A DNA stretch of 64,000 nucleotides from Podarcis cretensis (lineage: Eukaryota), in contig OX638156.1 of the NCBI GenBank assembly GCA_951804945.1, positions 59,024,001-59,088,000 of the forward strand. Direction: 5' to 3'. The position numbers and the translations under genes are program-made. Shown here in pieces: positions 47,104 to 55,811 of the stretch (its first letter is position 1; each line of letters begins with the position of its first letter). The notes under the pieces were generated by a model. It worked only from the letters and a program-made list of their open reading frames with translations, searched no databases and was not told the DNA's origin.

Positions 47104-50100
47104 CTGCAAAGGGCATTTTTGGCTGCCAGCCAACCAGATGTTCTCCTAGAAAGGGATCCCTCTCTTCATCCCTCCCAACCCATTTTCCACCCCCATAGCA
47201 CCCCCTGGCTTTGCATTCCTGTTAAAAAGGGGACTTTGCTCTTCCTTGCTTGCTTTCCAGCCACCTTTTTGAAAAATAATAGTTGAAGTGAAATTTTGTT
47301 GATAAAATCGGGTATATAAGCTTAAGGAATACAACTCACATATGTTAGGTTTGTGACCATAGTAAAGCATTGTTTTTATAATAGGCATCAACATTTTTTG
47401 TATCAGTTCCAATGTTCATTACAGTCTATTTACTAAGAAACAAAAAGTACAAAATAGAAAACCCAGCCTCAGTAGAACCCGTTATTAACACTACTCACTC
47501 CTGAACAGGCTGGCTATTGCTCAGGCAGGTCAACTTTAGACAACTGCTTTATGCTCAAGCATATTATTGATAAACACGTCTTGCAATTCCAGCTAAATAT
47601 TTATGTGCCTTTCATTGATTTGAAAGCTGCTTTCAATTCTAACTTTTGGGAGCAAGCTATAATCAATGGGGGTGATATGCAGCTTTTCAAATGCATAATG
47701 GTGCTATATTCTGGCACATCTTTGTGAGTTAGAATAAATGGAGGGCATCTATCTGACACTGTTCGGTTACAAAAGGAGTAAGACAAGGATGTCTACTTGC
47801 CCCCCTTCAATATATTTATAAATTATGTAGCTGAGTTTCTAAGAGGTTCTAAGAGCACTGTTTTCCAGTAAAAATCAGAAATATTTAGTCCTCCTTTATG
47901 CAGATGATGCAATCCTGATTTCCTGCATCCAATTGGGCTTGCGCAGACTGCTGAATTGGTTCAGCTTATATTGCAAGAATGAGCATCTTACTATAAATTC
48001 CCAAAAAACAAAAGTTATGTATGATATTTGGCAAATCCAAGAAAACTCACAATTGGTCACTCAATGGAAATACACGGGAGCAAGTATTCTCTTTTAAGTA
48101 TCTCAGTGTGGTCTTTCAGTGGACAGGGAAATGGTCTGCACAGGTCCACTCAAGCACCCTATTAGCTGGTAGAACTTGAAATGGACTATTACAATTCCAC
48201 CTTACAAAAGGGGGCAACTTGGTTCAGCCTACTTTAGAACTTTGTAAGACTAGGGTGTTGCCAAAGTTGTTATTTGGAGCACCACTGTGGGCCATGACTG
48301 ATTTAGATCACTGGAGATAGTGCAGAACAAATTTTTACAACTTCTATCTTTCTTAGGAACTCCTTTATGTTGGCCTGTCCAATCTGCTAATGGAAGGACA
48401 TTTAGTCTTGTCTGTGTAAAGGCTATCATTTTAACATTTGGTAAATCTACCTTGGCAGGGATGGATACAGTGGAATAAAAAAAAGCATAAATTTGTTAGA
48501 TTGACAAATCCTGACAAATCCCAGAAGGGAAGGTTGTCTTTTGCAAAGACTTGATTTTTGTTGTCTGATGTAGAAAGGTATATATCCTTTAGAACATCCA
48601 CATATCTTGCCACGGCTTTACAAATTTGTGTAATAAAACTTAAAGGGGGAATGGGAAATGATTTATCTTCTAAAGGTCAAGGAGTAAAAATGTAAACCAC
48701 TACAGTGGTAGCTTGGTTTACAACCATAATCTGTTCCGGAGGTCTGGTTGTAAACCAAAATAGGTTGTAACCCAAGGCACGCTTTCGCCAATGGGGCCTC
48801 CAAAAAAAAAATTAAAAAATTGGTTGTAATTTTTTTTTAAAAAAGGGTTGTAATCCAAAAAATGGGACACGCACTTCCAGGTTTGACGTGGTTGTAATCC
48901 AAGACAGTTGTAATCCAAAATGGTTGCAAACCAAGCTACCACTGTATTAGTAGCAGTATTCTTGTTATTATCATTTTTATGTGTGTAATGGCTGTTTGCT
49001 AAACACAATAAACCAAACTGAGTAACAGGGACTAACAGTCATAGCAGTTCTGAGAAGGAAATGACAATATTCAGACATTTTGCCACTTGTTTGGTAATGA
49101 TTTATTACCCCTTTCAAGGAAGATACTTCAAAAGGGTCTCTTTGAATTGACCAAGAAACTTCATCTTAAGAGTTATGCATTTTCTTAACTCCATTATAAC
49201 ATCCACAGTAATAGAACAAACAACAGATGGTTTCAGTATCTGAATGTTTACAGCACCTATCCTTGATAGGATCGTTGGAGGGTAAAACATTAAAACAGAA
49301 CAACAAAATGTTCTCTTACACTTTGCTTTAGTTAGAAAATTTAGATATGGCATACGTATGTTAAAAATACCAAGGTAGGACCAGTGACCTTAGTGTACAT
49401 GGTTCATTAACAGATATGAAACACAGAATTCTGTAAACACCTAATATAGGGTAATTCTGACAGTCTCCTCTCTGTATTAGGTATTCCACTTAGCAAGCAT
49501 CCGTCTGCGGGATCTCTGTCTTAAACTGGATATTTCGGATGAGCTGAGGAAGAAAATATGGACATGTTTTGAGTTTTCGCTGGTACAGTGCTCTGAACTC
49601 ATGATGGACCGGCATTTAGACCAGCTCTTAATGTGTGCCATTTATGTAATAGCAAAGGTAAAGGTTCACAAAAGGTACATTTTGAGGGGGGTGCTAAATA
49701 ACTTGAAAGAAGAGAGATCTAGTTATGGCAGTGAATCCCCCTCTTGTGTTTTAGGTTACAAAAGAAGACACATCATTTCAGAACATCATGCGCTGCTATA
49801 GGACCCAGCCACAAGCTAAGAGCCAAGTAAGCAGGTTTTTTGTTGGTTGGTTGGTTTTAAACCAGTATGCATCTTTTTCCCCCTTCTCATTTCACCATTT
49901 AAAGATTTTGCTAAATATAAATCAAATAAAACATGATAAATCAGATCCCAGTCAACTGAGGGCACTGGAAAACTTTCCAGGTCCCTACCCCGCCTGCCCC
50001 CCAGAAAGTCCACATCAGTGTAGAACACCCACTGAATATAATGACCCTAAGTTAGTCATTATATTCAGTGGGTCTGACTATGTGCAGTGCATACAGAAAT

Positions 50101-52866
50101 TGATCATTGCTCACTAGGAATGTCCCATTGGAATGAATGGTCTAGGTCCTGATTGCAGCAGTTCGTATAATTGAGCATATTTAGAGTTTTCCATAAAATA
50201 ATTAACATTTATATATGAAGCCTCTGTTTATATGAGACAAGGGAGTAATCTTCTGTAATTCTTCTCTTTCATCTACCACAACTTTGGCTGTTGGAAGGTG
50301 TATCGAAGCGTCCTGATTAAAGGCAGAAGACGAAGACATTCAGGCAACAGTGACAGCAACAACCAGCAGAATTCCCCGACTGAAAGAAATAAGGATAGAA
50401 GTAAGTGGCTTTAATATGTTTTGATGAAAGATTTGGCCCCTGCGGTTGCCCTACCCTTCTCTAGCTGAAGGAATCCTGAAAAAGGATGCAGCCATATGTG
50501 CACTTGCTTGAGAACAGGCCCCATCAAGCACAGTAGGGCTTATTTCTTTGACCATGGAGAGGATTGAACTGCGTGGGAATCCAGGATTTGAATACTCTAG
50601 AGCAGGGGTTCCCAACTTTTTTGGCATGCCCCACCTAAGCATCTCTAAAATCCTGGTGCCCTGCCCCCTGTGGCATATAATTCTTATTATTCAAATAGTG
50701 AATTTCTATTCATGTAGAGGAAACCTAAAAGGCCATTCACTGTTAACTCATTCTCAAATTGCCCCCCTAAAAATCAAATTGCCCCCCTATGGGGCGTGTG
50801 CCCCATGTTGGGAATCACGGCTCTAGAGTGTCCCAGGCTTCCTGTGAGCTCTTGAGCTGCCTGCAAGACAGTTGTTGAGCAGAAAGAGCAGCACTTGGAA
50901 ATCCTGGCATTCCCACAAAGGCGATATGAAAAAGCAGCTGGATAATCTGCACCTGCTTTATTGGCTGGGACTGTTTGATGATCATCCAGTAGCAAGAGGA
51001 AAATATTGATATGTATGTTTTGTTTAGCAAGTTCTTTAGAACTTGATGAAAAAACTTCCATTGTGCCTTCACAGCAAGCAGAGACTCCAGCCCAGTGATG
51101 AGATCTAGTAGCACCCTGCCAGTGCCGCAGCCCAGCAGTGCTCCCCCTACTCCAACACGCTTGACTGGAGCAAACAGTGAAATTGAGGAAGAAGAGCGCG
51201 GAGACCTGATCCAGTTTTATAACAACGTCTATAGTGACCGAATTAAAGGCTTTGCCCTGAAGTACTCTTCATCCAATGGAGTAAGAAGCCTTTCCTGCTT
51301 CGTAATAAGTCTTATTAATGTCAGAAAAAACAATGTTGTACAGTCTACTTTGTGGTCCTAGAAACAAGTGTCCATTGCTGCTTTTAAAATAGTACCATAG
51401 ACAGCGGCAGTAATGCATCTGAATACCAGTTGATGGAAACAATGGGAGGGGAGAGGGCTCTTGTGCTTAAGTCCTGCTTGTGGGTTTCCCACTGGTTGGC
51501 CACTGTGAGAACAGGATGCTGGACTAGAGGAGTCCTTGGCCTGATCCAGCAGGTTTTTTATTATGTTCTTACTTGTGAAGGATACATTTTGTTTTTGTGT
51601 GTTTACCTCCAAAGGACATTTGCGGGGCGGGTACAAACTATATTTATACCACATCTAGATTATAATAGTAAAAGGTCTATATCCAGCTCTAGAAATTGCA
51701 CTGCTAGTAGGACTTCTTTTTTACTCTGCATCTAGACATAGTCTGTTATGCTAGGGTTGAGGCTGAAGCAGCAAAGCTTTAGCAATATTTGTTGCTTTTG
51801 AGTTAAATCTTGGGAGGGGGTTAAAAAATGCATCTCTAGATGTAAAATAGTGTTGCACAAATGTACAGAGTAACATGAAACAAGACTTCTTGAACTGAAC
51901 TATCCAGAATGGTTTTAAAACTAGTTACCATGTCTTGTTCTCTATAGGTTTGTCACTTGAACATCTTTGACATTTGTATATTTGATGCATTAGATAAATG
52001 CACACTGTGGAACACAGCATTCACTTTATGTGGTAAATGCAGGTCCTCTAATAATTTCCTTAAATGTTGAAATAAATATAATTGAGTTGAGTGCTGCTGA
52101 ATCTATTCCAGATTGGTTATCCCAGTGTATCTAAGTCTTACTGGTGCAAAAACAAAAGCATACTCTTGAGTCATTTCATGGTGTGGATCACCATGCAATG
52201 ACTCAAATGCATAACATCCTGGTTTCTCTGCTGTGTGGATAACTGCAGATTAATTTTGCTATCTTTGTATGACAGACTGAAGCACCTCCCCTGTCTCCAT
52301 ATCCTTTTGTAAGAAGTGGCTCTCCCCGCAGAATACAGCTTTCTCAGAATCACTCGATTTACATCTCCCCTCACAAAAACGAGTTTGCACTTTCTCCACG
52401 TGAGAAAATATTCTATTACTTTAGCAGCAGCCCATCAAAGGTAAACATCTACTATTGATCTCCAAACTCTTTCATTAGCTAATAAGTTAAAGGTTTTAAC
52501 AAGCTTAATTTTAATGAACTTGTAATTTAGCAAAACATTTATATATACCATTTTCTTTGTAACATCGTAGCTTTTTGAGACTGGTGTTTTTTGTTATGTA
52601 TGTGACACATGAATCAGATTTAGAAAATCAAAATGCCCTGTTTGACTTGAATGAGAAGTAGACAGCATTCAATTGTTCTTTGTGGTATGTTTCAGAGGCT
52701 TCAAGAGATCAACAGTATGATTAGAACTGGAGAGACATCAACAAAAAAGCGTGGCATTGTCCTGGAGGAGGGGGCTGAATCACCCGCCAAGCGCATCTGC
52801 CCAGAAAACCACACAGCCCTCCTGAGGAGACTACAAGATGTGGCAAATGACAGAGGTTCTCACTGA
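27044..52866 (+). CDS. RBL2: RB transcriptional corepressor like 2 (p130), complete gene, 22 coding exons, 1179 aa
   Basis: Peptides LCSSLNMDERARAEAW, GNDLHWLACSLYVACRK, pocket A FHRSLMACCLE, spacer PTRRRLF, pocket B LMMDRHLDQLLMCAIYV and C-terminus LLRRLQDVANDRGSH*. Exons sum to 3540 nt in frame. Confidence 0.97.
28502..28577. repeat. 26-bp tandem repeat, about 3 copies
   Basis: AAACACACTTTAGGAATGATAAATGA units. Confidence 0.85.
29900..30030 (+). CDS. RBL2: RBL2 exon 2
   Basis: taacag|GGAAAT...CAAAG|gtaact; GNDLHWLACSLYVACRKAVPTVSRGTVEGNYVSL. Confidence 0.94.
31412..31740 (+). mobile_element. Tigger/pogo-like MITE (copy A)
   Basis: TA|CAGTGGTGCC...GGCACCACTG|TA; CpG-rich, so probably young. 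Confidence 0.9.
32372..32572 (+). CDS. RBL2: RBL2 exon 3
   Basis: cttcag|TTTGATA...CAAAG|gtatgg; LIEFFNKMKKWEDMANLP. Confidence 0.94.
33131..33195 (+). CDS. RBL2: RBL2 exon 4
   Basis: aaaaag|GAGACAG...AAAAG|gtaaga; RQPCTVSEVFQFSWVLFVYAK. Confidence 0.9.
36194..36322 (+). CDS. RBL2: RBL2 exon 5
   Basis: tctcag|GCAATT...TTTAAAG|gtatgt; NFPMISDDLVNSYHLLLC. Confidence 0.94.
37006..37166 (+). CDS. RBL2: RBL2 exon 6
   Basis: taatag|GGCTGC...AAAAAG|gtatgt; CIIEKLCSLHDGLVLEAKGIKEHFWKPY. Confidence 0.94.
37257..37321 (+). CDS. RBL2: RBL2 exon 7
   Basis: ttgtag|ATTCTA...AGCTT|gtgagt; ILKGKEENLMGLLDPGNFGES. Confidence 0.93.
37668..37988. mobile_element. Tigger/pogo-like MITE carrying a 116-bp copy of nearby RBL2 sequence; runs into the gap
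   Basis: TA|CAGTGGTACCTCGG start; 37687-37802 is identical to 37303-37418. Confidence 0.8.
37989..38118. other. Assembly gap (130 N)
   Basis: Run of n. Confidence 0.99.
38705..39051. mobile_element. hAT-like MITE with a nested truncated Tigger-like MITE starting at ~38767
   Basis: Host ends match element 56984-57113 in reverse; internal TA|CAGTGGTACCTCG. Confidence 0.65.
39332..39518 (+). CDS. RBL2: RBL2 exon 8
   Basis: ttatag|CAAAGCC...GAACGA|gtgagt; KAINKAYEEYILSVGNLDERIFLG. Confidence 0.93.
39893..40029. mobile_element. Palindromic hAT-type MITE related to 18947-19082
   Basis: CAGGCTTCCTCAAAC...GTTTGAGAAAGCCTG; 8-bp TSD GTCTCACT/GTCTAACT. Confidence 0.88.
40253..40419 (+). CDS. RBL2: RBL2 exon 9
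   Basis: gtttag|GCAAAA...TTCAG|gttagt; ATPLTGRKYIKE...LKNAPSENLEQIF. Confidence 0.93.
41106..41215 (+). CDS. RBL2: RBL2 exon 10
   Basis: ggccag|GGCTTGT...TCTAAAG|gtaagg; ACSRDPSLSIANRVKEMYDIY. Confidence 0.92.
41370..41697 (-). mobile_element. Tigger/pogo-like MITE (copy B, inverted relative to copy A)
   Basis: TA|CAGTGGTGCC...GGCACCACTG|TA; its reverse complement aligns by eye with 31412-31740. Confidence 0.9.
41855..41958 (+). CDS. RBL2: RBL2 exon 11
   Basis: gtgcag|AAATTG...TTATCT|gtaagt; KHFRLAEVLYYKVLESVIEQE. Confidence 0.93.
42771..42908 (+). CDS. RBL2: RBL2 exon 12
   Basis: tcctag|GGGATT...TATAAG|gtgaat; GILEHDVFHRSLMACCLE. Confidence 0.94.
43077..43241 (+). CDS. RBL2: RBL2 exon 13
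   Basis: ttatag|GTGATA...GAGGAG|gtaaaa; VIEILIRAEDGLCREVVKHLN. Confidence 0.94.
44768..44879 (+). CDS. RBL2: RBL2 exon 14
   Basis: ttttag|GTAATG...GGAAAGG|gtaaga; GSPLTPRRLNE. Confidence 0.92.
45212..45487 (+). CDS. RBL2: RBL2 exon 15 (cyclin-binding RxL motif)
   Basis: ctgcag|GCCTTT...GTACAAG|gtaagg; SPTTLYERYSSPTSNPTRRRLFV. Confidence 0.93.
46056..46324 (+). CDS. RBL2: RBL2 exon 16
   Basis: tcacag|GCATTG...AGAAAG|gtacat; IANENGGITFIPVQVNV...SLALFFRK. Confidence 0.93.
46648..47027 (-). mobile_element. Full-length Sauria SINE
   Basis: Minus-strand head GGGACGCAGGTGGCGCTGTGGG (A box) ... GGTTCGAATCC (B box), (ACCTTT)n tail, 13-bp TSD GTACCACCCCATA (46635-46647 and 47030-47042). Confidence 0.93.
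47053..47100. repeat. (ATTG)12 microsatellite
   Basis: Perfect tetranucleotide run. Confidence 0.97.
47460..49020 (+). mobile_element. Decayed non-LTR retrotransposon (RTE-X/Tx1-like) RT region through to the 3' end
   Basis: Frameshifted RT motifs AFIDLKAAF, GVRQGCLLAP (47775), LLYADDAILIS (YADD at 47897), INSQKTKVM, FKYL; AATAAA near 49007. Clade assignment uncertain. Confidence 0.75.
48703..48944. mobile_element. Tigger/pogo-like MITE
   Basis: TA|CAGTGGTAGCTTGGTTT...AAACCAAGCTACCACTG|TA. Confidence 0.9.
49481..49657 (+). CDS. RBL2: RBL2 exon 17
   Basis: tattag|GTATTC...GCAAAG|gtaaag; VFHLASIRLRDLC...DRHLDQLLMCAIYVIAK. Confidence 0.94.
49755..49826 (+). CDS. RBL2: RBL2 exon 18
   Basis: ttttag|GTTACA...AGCCAA|gtaagc; VTKEDTSFQNIMRCYRTQPQAKSQ. 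Confidence 0.94.
50298..50400 (+). CDS. RBL2: RBL2 exon 19
   Basis: tggaag|GTGTAT...GATAGAA|gtaagt; VYRSVLIKGRRRRHSG. Confidence 0.92.
50603..50820. mobile_element. hAT-type MITE
   Basis: CAGGGGTTCCCAAC...GTTGGGAATCACGG with perfect 8-bp TSD CTCTAGAG. Confidence 0.88.
51075..51280 (+). CDS. RBL2: RBL2 exon 20
   Basis: tcacag|CAAGCA...AATGGA|gtaaga; SRDSSPVMRSSSTLPVPQPSSAPPTP...RGDLIQFYN. Confidence 0.93.
51395..51572 (+). mobile_element. CR1-type 3' end
   Basis: GGCCACTGTGAGAACAGGATGCTGGACTAGA...GGCCTGATCCAGCAGG...TTATGTTCTTA terminus. Confidence 0.75.
52276..52440 (+). CDS. RBL2: RBL2 exon 21
   Basis: tgacag|ACTGAA...TCAAAG|gtaaac; APPLSPYPFVRSGSPRRIQLSQNH. Confidence 0.93.
52696..52866 (+). 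CDS. RBL2: RBL2 exon 22 (last coding exon)
   Basis: tttcag|AGGCTT...CACTGA; RLQEINSMIRTGETSTKKRG...DVANDRGSH*. Confidence 0.95.
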   Translation, partial: RLQEINSMIRTGETSTKKRGIVLEEGAESPAKRICPENHTALLRRLQDVANDRGSH

Positions 52867-55700
52867 CCTGGGGTTTTATTTGTTCTTTTCCATCTGTTAT
52901 GTTGCCAGTAGTGACAGAGCTTGCAATCCTAATATCTTTGAAGCACTTTCCATGGAGAAATGAAGTATTTGAGCCCTTTCCAAGGATGTGCTGCTTCTAG
53001 TACCAGGTGCACTGCAAGTCTTGAAGAGGCTTCAGTCTACCTTATTCCAGAGGACTGCAGCGCTATAATCCTACTGACTGAGCTGGGAAGAAGTGGAGAC
53101 TGTTTCCTCCAACAGTCTTGATGCTGGGACAGAAAAGGTCACACCCTCTCTTAACTTAGGTTATGCGAGTGGCAATGGCTGCAGTTAAAACCACAGCGGT
53201 TTAAATTTATTGGCTGAAGTGACTGATAAGTCCAGTAGGAACCCCGCTGATAACTATTTTTCCTACTAAACTGAGAACATTCTTTTTTTGTGCTACTTGG
53301 TAATCCTGTCAGTGCAATGCTTGGAGTTTGTGGTATCAGGAGGGAAAGGGTAATTCAGATGGTGATGATGGGACTGATACTGTGATCTTGGCTACCTATT
53401 TCAGGAAACTAGCAGTACTGATGGCTCCAGCACACATTGCAGGCTGTAGTTAAGACTACACTGGAGCTAGACTAGAAATGGTATTTTAGGCAGTCTTTAG
53501 GAAAAATTAAGGTCATTCTTTCCTAGATGTCTTTTTCATGTGCCCTTCCAGTAATTAAGATAATAAGGGGGGGCACTTTATGTATATACAACACTTTGGT
53601 TTTTAGCTTTGCAATGTTTTAAGTGAATTCCTACCAAGAGTAACTCTTAAACAGCTCTAAAGCATTCTTTCGAAAAGCGGATTAGAGGTGTGGCTACTTC
53701 ACAATGGCACTTTTTAAACAAAATTAAATAGCCAAACCATAATATAGAAGCTGTGCTGAATTGCCTAAATTGTATTTATTCTCAAAGTACACACTGGTAA
53801 TGCTCAGCTTCTATATGAAAATTTTCTAGGGTGTGATTACATGCCTTCCCACTTCAGCAGCTGTAGGCAGTGCCTCCAACACCAGCTTTTAACATTAAAT
53901 TATGCCTTTTGCAGAAATGGCATACCATTATGTGGCAACAACGCAGGGATCCAAGTCCACTGCACTGCTTAACCTATATTAGACTGTTTTTACAAATTAG
54001 CACTTTTAAGAAGAAAATGAATGGTGACATGGACTTGCCAGCAATCAGTCTGCTCAAGGCAAAGCAGCTGAAATTTGTCATGAGCGAAACAAGCAAAAGG
54101 AGGCAGTGAAAAACTGTGCACAACGGGCCATCAAATGGGTGAGTTTTAGAGTAGTGAGATTACTCTTTTGATAACTGCCAGTGTTTCTGAACAGTGGCCA
54201 TATTGTGTTTTAATGGTAGTGTACAAATGTTTGCAGCAAATCTACAGCAGTTTCAACCCTTTCTAAGATAAAATCAAAATTGTTTAAGCCTGCAGCGTTT
54301 TACTTCTGCTTTGTTAGGTGACCAGCTAACACATATATACACTAGTAGTTTCTAGAACTTCCACCAGCATTTATTTTAGGATATTGATTTATTACCAGGC
54401 CTATGCCCTTTAGGGATATATTTAAAAAATCACTGCTGCAAAAACAAACTTATCTTTTTCTTTAAGTAGACCAGTAATCTGTCACCAAGGAACTACTGTC
54501 TCAGGCTGTACCCCTGCAGGACCCAACAGGTATGAACCTCAGTATACAACACATTTGCATGCTTGGTCGTGCCAGAAGCCAAGCCTGCCACATAGCACAG
54601 GAGTCTTGGGACAATGTATGCTTAGTAATCATAGTGATTAGACTGAAATTTTAAGGAGGCCTTTCTGTTTAATTGTGAAGTTGATGAACTGAAATGTTTC
54701 CAAGGAACAAGAGTGACAAGACACATTTTACCATGATTGGTCTTTTATTTTAAGATGCCACTATTAACACATTAGTCATGTCAGTCTCCAACCTAGCTCT
54801 CCTTACAGATTTTATTAAATCAACAAATGTGCACAATGAAGAGCACAGATTTTTCTTCTAGTGGTAAAAAGCTCAATGCTCTACAGTCCTGACTAATGTG
54901 CAAATTAAGGCTGCCTCTAACATTACTTTGACACATCTTAAGGCCACTGGTATAAGATGCCTGCAAACCGCATGAAGAAAAGGGTTATACATATATTTTC
55001 TTGAAAATCCTTTGAGATTTGCTAGTTGCATCCATTTAACTTTTCTACTATATGATGCTTACAGGCAATTGGGTTGTAGGTCTAAAGATTGTTGAACAAG
55101 TTATGTTATAAGCAGCCTGTAGTGACAATATCTATTTGGGGGAGGAAGGAAAATTAGATACACATCATACATGCCAATCTCAGCCTCACTGCCCCTAAAA
55201 GGGCTAGAAGGAATCAGAACCAACTATTTACAAATTCCATATCCTAATGTATTTACAATAGAAACCAATGCATTTAAAAGTTTTAAATATAGTATTTTAC
55301 TCTGCTATATTAGTTTACATAAACACAGATTACCTCTGGAAAGTATTTTTCCCACCTGCTCTTTACATTTTAAAAAAACCTACCCCTGGAAGGAAAATTT
55401 TAAAAGCTTTTAAAAGTAACCCAATCAAGAGCCTCATATTAGGCCCCTGAGGCTTTCGTTACCCACCAGGGTGGACTTCACTAACTGGAGTCCAGCCTTG
55501 TTAAGAGCGACTTCCAACCTGCAGTTAAAACATATGTAAAATACGAAGAGTCTGAGCAATCCCATTGAGCAGATTTACTTGAGTCATTGCTACCATTTAA
55601 CTCTTTACTAATCCAAGTCAAGAAGGAAAGCCGCTGTTTGGCTCTCCATTACATTCCCTCTTCCTGCAGAAAGTGTTGAGTGCTTCGTCATTCACAGGAA
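52867..55700. other. Convergent 3'UTRs of RBL2 (+) and AKTIP (-)
   Basis: 2.8 kb repeat-free stretch between the two stop codons. Minus-strand AATAAA at 54744-54749 and 54811-54816; plus-strand ATTAAA at 53723, 53894 and 54814. Confidence 0.7.
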
Positions 55701-55811
55701 CTAAGTAGGTAGAGTCTTTTCCTCTTTGCTGAAAGGCTGAACCGAGCCAGGCTTCACCCATGACAGGCCAGACACCTGCATGCTTTTGCACTGTTGATCC
55801 TCTGCCTTCTT
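55701..55811 (-). CDS. AKTIP: AKTIP last coding exon (NAGNAG acceptor)
   Basis: Minus strand ttcctag|AAGAAGGCA...CCTACTTAG; [32 protein letters not shown]. Confidence 0.92.
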   Translation of the reverse strand, partial: KKAEDQQCKSMQVSGLSWVKPGSVQPFSKEEKTLPT

